Source: Octopus bimaculoides
Lineage: Eukaryota
Assembly: GCF_001194135.2 (NCBI RefSeq)
Contig: NC_068983.1
Span: forward strand, 28,937,027 to 29,001,026
DNA length: 64,000 nt
Direction: 5' to 3'
Below the pieces are notes generated by a model. That model saw nothing but the letters and a program-made list of their open reading frames with translations. It searched no databases and was not told the DNA's origin. The stretch's first letter is position 1. Every line of letters begins with the position of its first letter. A program made the position numbers and the translations under genes. Shown in pieces: positions 40,176 to 53,933 of the stretch.

Positions 40176-40705
40176 TTGACTCCTTAGCACAGGGGTTTTC
40201 AAACTGTGGTCCGTGGACCACAAGGGGTCCGCAAGGACAAGACAGGGGGTCCGTGGACAGCAAATACTTTTTATGGGCAATTTGATTTTATATATGTTTT
40301 TTAATCGAAATCTTTTAATTGACAGCAAACTTATTTGTTAAATACTGTTAAATAAATGAATGTAAAAATGTATGTTATTTTAAGCAAATATTTATGTATA
40401 AATTTCATAAGCGTTTATAAGGGGGTCCCTAAGGTAAAGCCTGAAATATAAAGGGGTCCACAAGTCAAAAAGTTTGAAAACCCCTGCCTTAGCATTCAGA
40501 TAACTCAGTCAAATATAATACTTACTTATTCACATTGTTTTGAATTAATCATCCCTTATCTCACAGCTCTGAGATTTTGATGATGTGATTGTTTAGCTTT
40601 TAGAATGACATTACAGGCTAGGTCTGAAAGGTTGGATCTGGCTGGTCTAAACATAAAACGTGTAGAATATTTTGGCCGGATATGGTTTAAATGCTAAAGA
40701 GTTAA
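40176..40705. mobile_element. piggyBac-type MITE with nested hAT MITE in its left terminus
   Basis: Left TTGACTCCTTAGCA|TTCAGAT is split by the insertion; right end AATGCTAAAGAGTTAA at 40690-40705. Confidence 0.65.
40190..40486. mobile_element. hAT MITE, 297 bp, perfect TIRs and 8-bp TSD
   Basis: TIR CAGGGGTTTTCAAACT / AGTTTGAAAACCCCTG; TSD CCTTAGCA at 40182-40189 and 40487-40494. Confidence 0.95.
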
Positions 40706-41102
40706 AGTTATTTTGATTAAAACCTTCCAACATTTATACTAATTTGCGTGTGAAACACCAATTTAATTATGACAAAATTATTTTACTGAATTTTTCATCA
40801 TTTTCAAAATTAACGAAGACAAATGCAGTCTTTCAATAGAAAAAATGATAACAAAAGTCAACTGAATAGAAATAGTCAAACATTTCTGTTTCTGAGTGGA
40901 AGTGAAAGTAATTAGTGCAAGAATTGGAAGAGAAAATGGTAACGTAGTCACTAAATGTGAACAAGATGAAAGAAATTCAGAAACGTTAAGTGGATAGACA
41001 ACATAAGGATATGTCTTTGTAAGAAAACCATATTATGGTAAAGTGAGATGGATTGTTGCTTTAAGCCATCACTAACTCATATTTTATTCAGATATACCAG
41101 AT

Positions 41103-41302
41103 CAGGGTTTCCTAATCAGTGGGGTGAGATAGCATTCCAGGAGGTGCAAGCAGGGCCAGATTTATAGGGGGTCAAAGAGAGCAATTGCTCCAGGCACCTT
41201 TATTCTTATTATTACTTTATTATAAATTATTACTTTAAGGGGTGTGAGAACATATTAAAAGTTTTTAGGAGTGTGGGGCATAAAAAAGGTTGGGAACCAC
41301 TG
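41103..41302. mobile_element. Decayed hAT MITE
   Basis: Termini CAGGGTTTCCTAA / TTGGGAACCACTG. Confidence 0.5.
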
Positions 41303-41947
41303 CACTAGATATACTATTTGACTTGTTTCACTTATGGGGCTGTGACCATGCTGGGATACCACCTTAAAGAATTTACAGGATTAAATCAATCCCAATTCTT
41401 GTTTCTATCTAATACTTATTTTGTCAATTGTCTTTTGCCAAACCACTATGTTATGTGGGCATAAACAAACCAACACCAGCTATCATGCAGTGAGAGACAA
41501 ACATACACTTGTACACACATACCTATATATGATGTATACTTAGGTATGATATATATACAATATATATATATAATCATCACTGTCAACATCATCATCATCA
41601 TTTAACATCTCTCTCTCCTTCTCTCTTTCACTCTCTCCCTCCCGCCATCTCTCTCTTACTCCCTCTTTCTTTCACTCTCTTACTCCCTCTTTTTCCCCTC
41701 TCTCCCTCTCTCTCTCTCATAAATATATATATGTATATATACATTTGCTAGCTAAAAGATGGATGTGAAATAATGACTTTATACATACTTTTTACTCTTT
41801 TACTTGTTTCAGTCATTTGACTGCAGCCATGCTGGAGCACCGCCTTTAGTCGAGCAAATTTTGTCAGAGGCCCTTAGCATATTAATGTGGATCCTAAATT
41901 TACTATTTTGCTGTGTGGACCTCCCAAAATCTTATAANNNNNNNNNN

Positions 41948-42338
41948 TTTACTTGTTTCAGTCATTTGACTGCAGCCATGCTGGAGCACCGCCTTTAGTC
42001 GAGCAAATCGACCCCAGGAATTATTCTTTGTAAGCCGAGTACTTATTCTATCAGTCTCTTTTGCTGAACCACTAAGTTACGGGGACGTAAACACACCAGC
42101 ATCGGTTGTCAAGCGATGTTGGGGTGACAAACACAGATACACAAACATATATACACACATACATATATATGTACATATATACGATGGGCTTCTTTCAGTT
42201 TCTGTCTACCAAATCCACTAAGAAGGCTTTGGTCAGCCCAAGGCTATAGTAGAAGAGACTTGCCCAAGGTGCCACGCAGTGGGACTGAACCCAGAACTAT
42301 GTGGTTGGTAAGCAAGCTACTTACCACATGGCCACTCC
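41948..42338 (-). mobile_element. SINE family A
   Basis: Reverse complement of family A, tail to head. Confidence 0.85.
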
Positions 42339-43974
42339 ATATATTTATAATTCTTTTTTTTAAAACAGTGGATCTTGAAGCGCATAAAACTATAAATAAT
42401 AATATGCAAATATTACATTGCAAAATCCTTTTGGATATGTATATTTATGTGGGTGGATGTATGCTTGTGTTTTCTTGTCTTGATGTCACATAATTATAGT
42501 AGATGAATGTCGATATTCTGCGAAAATATGCCTGGCTATGAAGAAATATTAACTAACTTGGAAACAGGTGAGGGTTGGCAACAAGAAAGAACCCCAACCA
42601 TAGAAAATCTACCTCACTGAACTCTGTCCAACCCATATAAACATGGAAAAGTGGACATTAAAGTGATGATGATGATTCTATTCAGTGATCTAACAACTCT
42701 GCCAATTCACAATGAGACTTCCATTATGTTACTTTATGTTAATTTATGAAAAAGTTTGCATATCAAAGTGCAAATGACTTACTTGGCATCAACGGGATTG
42801 GCTAATGTTTACAGAACATTTAGGATTTATACAGTTATGGAGAAGCAATGTGAATGCAAGATACATAGTGGATAAATAATGATGAGACCATACCAGAAGA
42901 TATCTCTTGTGGTATCAGACCATAGAAAGCTTGACAGGAAATTGCTAGATCATATCTGAGAACATTGGATCTCATTGATGAAAAGAGTGTGAGAATGAAT
43001 GATATTGTAAGATGATGTACTGCACACTCATCTGTCTTATGAGGAGAAAAAAGTAAAAGAAGCAAATATCAACACATGATAATCTCTTAAAATTAGAACA
43101 GAAACGGATAATCCGCTTTCATCATTTCAATGTGACAAATATGTATGTGCGCGTGTGTGTATACACACACACATGCATATATATACATATATATATATAT
43201 CATCATCATCGTTTAACATCCGCTTTCCATGCTAGCATGGGTTGGACGATTTGACTGAGGACTGGTGAAACCGGATGGCAACACCAGGCTCCAATCTAAA
43301 TTTGGCAGAGTTTCTACAGCTGGATGCCCTTCCTAACGCCAACCACTCATATATATATATTCATATATATACTGAGAGAGAGACATACATATAAATATGC
43401 ATGTGCATGTGTATATATGTATATATACATACACATGTATACATAGACACACACACACACACACGCACACACACACACACATGATGATGATGATGATAAT
43501 GTGTGTGNNNNNNNNNNACACACATGATGATGATGGTGATAATGTGTGTGTGTGTGTGTATTATGAGGTGGTATCAAAACGTTCCCGAATTAGTTCTGTA
43601 GCATGCCAACAGATGGACTCACTCCTGTGCACATGGCACATAAAAACACCATTTGAGCGTGGCCGTTGCCAGTACTGCCAGACTGGACCTCGTGCTGGTG
43701 GCATGTAAAAGCACCCACTACACTCTTAGAGTGGTTGGCGTTAGGAAGGGCATCCAGCTGTAGAAACTCTGCCAAATCAGATTGGAGCCTGGTGCAGCCA
43801 TCTGGTTCGCTAGTCCTCAGTGAAATCATCCAACCCATGCTAGCATCGAAAGCAGACGTTAAACGCTGATGATGCTGATGAAATATTCAGTTTCGTTGTT
43901 TTTAGATTTTCGCCAGTAATTATGATTAATATCATTTTTAGTAGTAATAATAATAATAATAATAATAATTATTA

Positions 43975-44041
<67 letters not shown>

Positions 44042-44547
44042 TAAATTTAAATATACAACCGAAAAAGCTACTAATAGTTTCATGCTATTATGATACTTGA
44101 ATGGACATATTTATAAAATACGCCTTGTATCTTAAAGCAATCTTTCAGGCTCTTATTATACATTATATATATAACACATGCACAGAACCTGTTTTTAAAT
44201 TGATATTTAACCATACCAAATCAGGCTGGGGTCTGGTGCATCCCCTCAGTTTACCAGCCCTTGTCAAACCATCCAATCCATGCCAGCATGGACAATGGCT
44301 ATTAAAGGTGATGATGATGATCTCTTACTGGATGGAGTACTTTTTTCCTTAATTCTACCTCTATTGGCTCTTTAAACTCTGTGTGTGTGTATGTGTGTGT
44401 GTGTGTCTATATTAGTGTTTATCTCCCATCACTGCTTGACGACCAGAGTTGATGTGTTTGGGGCCACGAAATTTAGTAATTTGGCAAAAGACACTGACAG
44501 AATAAGAACCAGGCTGAAAAAAGATAAGTACTCAAAATTGATTCATT

Positions 44548-44761
44548 TACTCTTTTTTACTCTTTTACTTGTTTCAGTCATTTGACTGCGGCCATGCTGG
44601 AGCACCGCCTTTAGCCGAGAAAATCGACCCCAGGACTTATTGTTTGTAAGCCTAGTACTTATTCTATCGGTCTCTTTTTGCTGAACCGCTAAGTTACGGG
44701 GATGTAAACACACCAGCATTGGTTGTCAAGCGATGTTGGGGGGACAAACACAGACACACAA

Positions 44762-44796
<35 letters not shown>

Positions 44797-44969
44797 TATA
44801 TATATACATATATACGATGGGCTTCTTTTCATTTTCCATCTACCAAATCCACTCACAAGGCTTTGGTCGGCCCGAGGCTATAGTAGAAGACACTTGCCCA
44901 AGGTGCCATGCAGTGGGACTGAACCCAGAACCATGTGGTTGGTAGGCAAGCTACTTACCACACAGCCAC
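44548..44969 (-). mobile_element. SINE family A, full length
   Basis: Reverse complement of family A. Confidence 0.9.
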
Positions 44970-46185
44970 GACAAAAATTCTTCAAGGTGGTGCCACAGCA
45001 TGGCCACAGTCTAATGACTGAATCAACTAAAGGATAAAAGATGTAGAAATATTTTGGATAAAATATCATTAAGATTTTCAATTAATGTTATGAAATCTAT
45101 ATTACATAACTGCATTGGTTTGTTTCTTCCTTTTTGTTAATGCTTCAGCTTGCCAGTTGGAATATATTCCAGTGACGATGATAACATCTTCTGTTATGCC
45201 ATTCATGTGCATTGGTTAGAATGTTGTAGCACTTAATTCTTACTGAATGAGTGCAACAAAAATCAATCTTTTGTGGTGGTGGTGGTGGTGGTGGTAGTGA
45301 TGGTGATGGTGGTGCTTGTGGTTGTGGCTACAGTAATGATCGTGGTGATGGCATCAGTGGTGAAGGTGGTAGCAGCAGTAGTAATAGTAGCAGCAGCAGC
45401 AGTGGTAGTAGTGGTGGTGGTGGTGGTGGCGGTCGTCGTGATGGTGGTGGTAGTGGCTACAGTAATGATGGTGGTGATGGTATCAGTGGTGAGGGTGGTA
45501 GTAGCAGTAGTAATAGTAGTAGTAGCANNNNNNNNNNNNNNNNNNNNNNNNNNNNNNNNNNNNNNNNNNNNNNNNNNNNNNNNNNNNNNNNNNNNNNNNN
45601 NNNNNNNNNNNNNNNNNNNNNNNNNNNNNNNNNNNNNNNNNNNNNNNNNNNNNNNNNNNNNNNNNNNNNNNNNNNNNNNNNNNNNNNNNNNNNNNNNNNN
45701 NNNNNNNNNNNNNNNNNNNNNNNNNNNNNNNNNNNNNNNNNNNNNNNNNNNNNNNNNNNNNNNNNNNNNNNNNNNNNNNNNNNNNNNNNNNNNNNNNNNN
45801 NNNNNNNNNNNNNNNNNNNNNNNNNNNNNNNNNNNNNNNNNNNNNNNNNNNNNNNNNNNNNNNNNNNNNNNNNNNNNNNNNNNNNNNNNNNNNNNNNNNN
45901 NNNNNNNNNNNNNNNNNNNNNNNNNNNNNNNNNNNNNNNNNNNNNNNNNNNNNNNNNNNNNNNNNNNNNNNNNNNNNNNNNNNNNNNNNNNNNNNNNNNN
46001 NNNNNNNNNNNNNNNNNNNNNNNNNNNNNNNNNNNNNNNNNNNNNNNNNNNNNNNNNNNNNNNNNNNNNNNNNNNNNNNNNNNNNNNNNNNNNNNNNNNN
46101 NNNNNNNNNNNNNNNNNNNNNNNNNNNNNNNNNNNNNNNNNNNNNNNNNGAAAGGATAAGAGGCAAAGATGGCCTCAGCAGTCAG

Positions 46186-46257
<72 letters not shown>

Positions 46258-46351
46258 GTCAAGATGAAGAGAGTGATTTGATTGTAAGATATAAAAATTC
46301 TGGAAGTTACGTCAATCCTTTCTAAAATATAATAATAGCAACAACAACAAC

Positions 46352-46388
<37 letters not shown>

Positions 46389-46527
46389 TAGAAAGGATTG
46401 AAGTAACTCCTCCTGTAGATATAGAGTCAAAATTAAAAGAAGAGTGCCATTTGTTATCTTGGGAACAATATTTCGACATCTCACGTGTCGAAATAATAAT
46501 AGTAATACTAATAATAATAATAATAAG

Positions 46528-46781
46528 ACGGGGGACGTAAACACACCAGCATTGGTTGTCAAGTGATGCTGGGGGGGACAAACATAAACACATACATACA
46601 TATATATACATATACATATATACGAAGGGCTTCTTTCAGTTTCTGTTTCCATCTACCAAATCCACTCACAAGGCTTTGGTCAGCCCGAGGCTATAGTAGA
46701 AGACACTTGCCCAAGGTGCCACGCAGTGGGAATCAACCTGGAACCATGTGGTTGATAAGCAAGCTACTTACCACACAGCCA
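46528..46781 (-). mobile_element. SINE family A, 5' part
   Basis: Reverse complement of head and central region; 3' part missing. Confidence 0.8.
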
Positions 46782-47808
46782 CTCATGACATTGTAGGGTA
46801 GGTGTGAGAGGCCTAATCTGGTCAAATTGAGCTTAAAACAGGTAGAATATTTGGGCCTGATTTGGTCGATCTGAATACTAAAGGGTTAAACCAACCATAT
46901 CCAGCCCAAATATTTTATCTGTTTAATGTTCAAACCTGCTAGTTGTAGCCTCTCACACCAACCTTGCAATGTCATCGTAAAAGTAAACCATCACATCTTT
47001 GAAATCTCAAAGCTAGAAGCTAATGCATGATTAATTCAAAACAACGTGAATAAATAAATATTGAACTCAGAAATAACTGGCAAAACTTCCCTCAAAAGAT
47101 ACTCTAGTATCTTAAAAAATGGAAAGGCATTTTGGATAAGGAAATCCTAGATAAAACCATGTCTGAGCACGAGAAGCAGATGTTCACAGCCAGAATGCTT
47201 CTGATCATATGCTGCTGAATCAATACTAAACAACCAGAGCAACAGTAATTAATTATATAGTGCAGCTTTTGTTGTGAGAGAATTAGGTAGACCATCCTTA
47301 TAGTACATAATCCCAGTGAGATGAATGAATTGGCTAAATATCAATGATGAATTAACAACAGCTGACCATATAATTGACAGGAAAAAGTCAAGACAGGCTG
47401 CTATCATGCCAAATGGTAGACAATGCTTATAAATGAACCAATGAGTAGTTGACTATGCTAGAGGTCAGGGTCAGCAATATGTAAACTACGGAGGTGTCCT
47501 TAGAGGACCCTTTTCTAAAAATCTTCTGAATTTAATGAATTTGTAGGTCATTGAGAAGTTGATGATATTTAGATTGCTGGTGCCACATAAAAGCATCCAG
47601 TACACTCTGTAAAGAGCATCTAGCCATAGAAACCATGCCAAAATAGACAAATGGAGCCCGGGCAGTCCTCAAGCTGGCCAAATCTTGTCAAACTGTCCAA
47701 CCCATGCCAGCATGGAGAACAGATGTTAAAAGATGATCATGATGATCGGACTAATTTTTTTCATATCTAAGCATTGCCAGTGATGGAAATTGGGGGTGTG
47801 ATACTCAC

Positions 47809-48041
47809 TTTACTCTCTTTTACTCTTTTATTTGTTTCAGTCATTTGACTGCAGCCATGCTGGAGCACCGCCTTTAGTCAAGCAAATCGACCCCAGGACT
47901 TATTCTTTGGAAGCCTAGTACTTATTCTACTGGTCTCTTTTGCCAAACCGCTAAGTTACGGGGACGTAAACACACCAGCATCGGTTGTCAAGCGATGTTG
48001 GGGGAACAAACACAGACACACAAACATATACACACACATAC

Positions 48042-48083
<42 letters not shown>

Positions 48084-48236
48084 GACGGGCTTCTTTCAGT
48101 TTCCGTCTACCAAATCCACTCATAAGGCTTTGGTCGGCCCGAGGCTATAGTAGAAGACACTTGCTGAAGGTGCCACGCAGTGGGACTGAACCCAGAACCA
48201 TGTGGTTGGTAAGCAAGCTACTTACCATACAGCCAC
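47809..48236 (-). mobile_element. SINE family A, full length
   Basis: Reverse complement of family A; CpGs largely retained. Confidence 0.9.
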
Positions 48237-49120
48237 ATGAGAAATATTTTTATATACAACTCTATCCCATATTACCACCTCTCCTCGCATTTCATGAAAC
48301 TTTCCTCTCTGTTCTCCCACCCTACCCACTCACCCAGTCAAATCCTCTGTATCACTTTACCTATATTCACCTCACTACCACCGCTGTGCCTTAAGGACAT
48401 CTACCGACACATATTCACCACCTTCTCTCCCACTACTCTCCATCTCTACCTTTCTCTCTAAGTTTCCATCCTTCTCCCTTCTTCCCCAACCGGGATATTC
48501 TTGTATCTCTTCTACAGCAAGACCCCTATCTCAGTCCTTCTTTTATTCTTGGTGCCACACACAAAAAAAAGCACCCAGTGCACTATGTAAAGGGGTTGGT
48601 ATTAGGAAGGGCATCCAGTCTTAGAAACCATGCAAAAAAAAAGACAACAAAGTTTAGCATGTCCTCTGGCTTGGCAGCTCTTGTCAAACCGTCCAACCCA
48701 TACCAGCATGGAAAAACAGACTGTAAATGATGATGATGATGATGATGATGGACCATGAGCATACATAAAAATAATCAAACGAGGGCCTTTGTAAAAAAGA
48801 ATTGTTGATGAGTGTCCTACACTGTATTCAAAGAAATGATGTTCACCCAATTGGCTGATAGCTGGTTTAACTGTCAATAAAGGAGCTTCTATGCCTAGGG
48901 TTGACAATAAGTGGGCTACTAAGATGCTTGCCTCAGGCATTTTTTGAAAACTTTTTTTCAAATTTAATGTATTTGTGGCCACTGAGCAGTCAATAGCTTC
49001 TAAATAAGCTTTTGTATTACAATTTTTTCTCTTTCACTAAGCATTAACAGTGAAGAAAATGCAGGGGCAGGGACATACAAGGATATTTTTGTAAGCAAGA
49101 TATGTTACAATATATATATA

Positions 49121-49540
49121 GGTGCAGGAGTGGCTGTGTGGTAAGTAGCTTGCTTACCAACCACATGGTTCTGGGTTCAGTCCCACTGCGTGGTATCTTG
49201 GGCAAGTGTTTTCTACTATAACCTCGGCAGACCAAAGCCTTGTGAGTGGATTTGGTTGACGGAAACTGAAAGAAGCCTGTCATATATATGTGTATATATA
49301 TATATATATATATGTGTGTGTGCGTGTGTTTGTGTGTCTGTCCCCCTAGCATTGCTTGACAACCGATGCTGGTGTGTTTATGTCCCCGTAACTTAGTGGT
49401 TCGGCAAAAGAGACCGATAGAATAAGTAGTAGGCTTACAAACAATAAGGCCCGGAGTCGATTTGCTCGACTAAAGGCGGTGCTCCAGCATGGCCACAGTC
49501 AAATGACTGAAACAAGTAAAAGAGTAAAAGAGTAAAGAGT
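49121..49540 (+). mobile_element. SINE family A, full length
   Basis: Complete head-to-tail match. Confidence 0.9.
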
Positions 49541-51760
49541 ATATACATGAGAGCCATAGACAAATATAAAGAAAATCAAAAGTAGGCCGTTACAAACAGA
49601 AGTTGTAGGGGCTTTAGATAGGCATTCGACCTGTTAGATATAGCAGCAAAATCTCCCTCAAATCACCCCCTACTACTGTTTTATGAATAACACCAAAGCG
49701 TGAAATACCCGCCCGATCAGAGTCAGTTCTCCAGGGTTAAGTGGCAATGACAAGCATCAATTTCTACATATATTTCCTCCCGTTAGATATTTGAAAATAA
49801 TACATAATTATTTTTAAATGAAAAAACAAACTGGCTTTTTTTTCTTTTTTTCTTTTTCTAAAAGTAATTTTTAAAAAGAAAGCTTAAAACAAAGTTATAG
49901 ATTTAATTATTTTTATGTTAAGTCTGTCAGTCTGTCCTCCTGTCTGTCTTGCTTGCTATTATTCTTTCTACTCTCACCCCCACCTCTCACTAATCTATCT
50001 ATCTGCTTATCTCCCTCCCTCTGATACACACATATGCATTTCTCAATGAAAAGAATTAAATATTCTATATTTAATGCAGTATTGGCAGATTGAACAGAAT
50101 TTTTAATTTCCTTCTATCTTGTTCGTATATATCTTTATGGAGATAAATACCGATTTTTTTTTTTCATTTTTATTTTCTGTTGTTTTTTTTTTGTTTTGTT
50201 TTTTGTTTTTGTTTTTTAAGAAACCATTATTCCAGCTATGCTCAAGATAGCATCTTTACCTTCTGAAATTGTTTTCTTTGGTAGATTCCATTAAAAATCA
50301 TTATTTTAGATACATTATTAAAAATGATATTCATGCAGTTCTGTAGAAATAATTCCTTTTTAACCAGTAAATGCACATAGATTGACATCAATTTTGTAAA
50401 TTTTAGAATTCTTTGCAAATAAAACCAAAACAAGTCAGAAATAACAAATAATTATTAAAAAAATGTTCAAATGTTAAAAACATGCAAAATAATGTAATAA
50501 AAAATACAAAATGGTAACAAGATTTTTGAAGGCAAACACTAAAAATGCACAATTTTTTTAATTGAAATTTGTTCATATGACTTTTTTGGGGTTTTTTTTT
50601 TTTTCCTTTTTCTTTTTTTAGAAATCTGTATTTTATCTTAGCATTGCTGATGCATGGTTAGATACAATTAATTGATAGGAAAATATACCAATTGGATCAG
50701 AAGTGTATATAACTGCAACGACTTTTGGTATATTAGTGAAGCAATGTTATTCTAAGTCATTTTCATCATTTGAAGAGAAAGGGAAGTATAGGATTGAAAT
50801 AAGCAAATATGCCAGCAATTTCAACTAAATACTGTCTTTGAAGGTGGGGGAGGTCTATAAAGGGTCTTTTGAAGAGGTTCTTAATGTTTTTCACTCTACA
50901 ATGTGAGTTTCCCTCATTGACTCATTTATTTGTATTAAAGAAATATACATTAAACATAGTAGAAAATTATAATAGCAGATGAGTAGAATCAGAGCAGTTC
51001 ATGGGTGCTGGTGCTACAGAAAAAGTACCCATGATAGAACCATGTAGAAAGCATTTGTGCTGGTTCCACGTAGGAAAATGCATCCATGCTGGTGCCAGGT
51101 AAAAAGCACCCATGCTGGTACTATGTATAAAGTAACCATACTGCTGCCACATAAAAAGCACCTAGCACAGTCTGGAAAGTGGTTGACATTAGGAAGGGCC
51201 TCCAGCTGTAGAAACCAAGCCAAAACAGACAATCGGAGCCTAGGCAGCTCTGCAGCTGGCCAGTTCCTGTCAAACCATCCAATCCATGTCAACATAGAAA
51301 ACAGATGTTAAAGTGCTCAATTGATACTTATTTCATCGATCCCAAAAGGATGAAAGGCAAAGTCAACCTTGATAGAATTTGAACCCAGAATGCAAGCAAC
51401 TGGAAGAAGCTAAGCATTTTATCCTGTGTGCTAATGATTCTGCCAACACAACAACACCTTAAAAATATTTCATGTAGAATGCTTGAAATTTTAGTTAATT
51501 AAAATTCTATTTTGATTGAGAAAGAAAAACATTATCCTAATGTTTAATTCTGTTCATGACAGGCAAGAAAGACAATTCTAGAATCTCAATTAACAAAAAT
51601 AAATTAAAAATAGAAAGTAATGAGGATAGATCTGATCTTAGGTAACACAGTGAAAACTCCACATGTTTTTGAGTCTTATTAGATATTGTCAGTGAAATAC
51701 AATCTAATTATTACTGCCAGATCTTACAACACAACAGATGTTAAATGATGATAATCTTAG

Positions 51761-51797
<37 letters not shown>

Positions 51798-53891
51798 AAT
51801 AGTGTCTTTTGTCTATTGGTTCCAAACTTTTCACTGTAATGGTAATATAAAGAAATCCATTGTATTCTTGCTTAAACCTTTATTGCAAGTCAAAGACTTC
51901 ACAAATATTCCAAGTTACACAACTGGTTATAGGGTAATACTAAATTTGTTCTCTCAGCTAGTTTCAATAAAATATTAGATATGTCAGGAAATAGAATATA
52001 TGATATTGCTAGGAAAGGAAATGTGTGATACTGTCACATTTTACCCCTTTACATATTACACAAATTAAAAAAAAAAGGTATGAAGGTATGAGAAGATAAA
52101 TTGAAACATTAAGCCAAATACTCCAGATCTACTCAGTTTCAAAGAAGTCATCTCCACACAATTTCTTTTAGGCTTACAAAACTAAATTCATGCTAATGTT
52201 TTGCAGATTCAGAGCTTATTAAAGTCATTTAGATTAAAAGAGATACAAGAGAATAAAATAAACAGTAGCCTAATCAAAGATATATAATACAAGATATGGT
52301 TGTAATACAACTATTAATATAATTACTAATAAAGATTTTAAAAAAACTTGAAAATGTTTATGTTTTAATTGCCAGATTAAATACATGAACTCAGATCACA
52401 ATCTTTGTCAACACAATAAGTTTTTTTTTCATCTTCATTAAATCTCAAACTACTGTAAAAGATATTTAAATTTTATACTTATTTTATCAAAGTGGTTAAT
52501 TTTGTAACGATCAATTTCTCTATAATGAGATAATGCTTTTAATTTTTTGATTAGAACCTGATCAAGTAGTTGATTGAACATGTCAAGCTTTATGAATTTG
52601 TAATTGTTTTACAATTCCAAGGGAAGATAGGTTTATATTGGTTTAGATTTTACTTCTTGGATAAATCATTATGCTATTGAGACCAAAACGAGCTAAAGCT
52701 TATATTCTTAAATCAATGAAAAATAATACATAGAAACATGATCAATGCATTGCTGCTATTTTATTGATAACATTTTGTGATGATATTCAAGAAATAGTAA
52801 ACAGCTTAATAAAAACAAGAATAAAAATTAACTGGCATTGGTAGCAAGATATGTTTGTGAGTGTGAAGATTCTTTGAGAGGAATCAATTCAGTTTATACT
52901 ACTCGGCAAGTGATTAATTAAGAATAAAAACACCCATTATTATCACAAGGATATCTTTACAGACATCGAAATAATAATAGCTCAATCCATTAAAATGTAG
53001 AGGGGGGATCTGTTTCAGATATTTGTTAGCCATTATACTGGTCAATCAATATTTCCTCTCAATTCATTTGACCAGAAACTCTTAAGAACAATAACATGCT
53101 TTAATCCATAAATTCCATTTTATTGGTTGTGATAAAAAAAAAAATTAATAAAAAAAGTATTTTTAAAACTTTAATCAAGCAAATCAATAGTTGCTTCAAT
53201 ATGATCTATTCATTCTTTATTGATTGACAAGGCTTTTGACAAGTCTGAATATTTTAAATATGGAGATGCCACATGAGAGGACAACGGTATGCTGACTTAC
53301 TCAAACTATCCAATGCTTACTAATGATGTTCCATTGATAGAGTCACAAAGACATATCAAAATACCTGCAAGCAAATTCTAACAATTCAATTATGTATAAG
53401 AATTTTTTTTTCTTTTATCCTTTTATTTATTTTTCCAAGAGTATTCAATTTAGTTTATTTAGAATTCCTTAAAGAGTTGTCAAAGAAAACATCAATGGAA
53501 AGATACAAACCAGATACAGAAGATGTAGTTAAATGAGACTTAATTGAAAATTATAGTAAAGAATGGATCAATTCAGGTGAGAACAAAGAAAACAAAAACA
53601 AAAAAAGAAACAAACAAACAAACAAATAGAAAACTGTGGCAAATTTGTATTTCCTCACCATTAGCTACGACAGACCTGTTCCATTCCAAAACTACACAGA
53701 GGTCATTTCAAGACAATTTCTTTAAGTATACAAAGCTAAATTCATGCTAATATTATGGAGATTCCTAGCCAATCTTATTATTCTTACTAAACATGGTTCT
53801 ATTTGATTGATCTCATTGATCTTATTTGCCAATGCTTCAGGACAATTACAGGTAAAAATTTATTATGACTAGCTTCATGTGTCTATCTACA

Positions 53892-53933
<42 letters not shown>

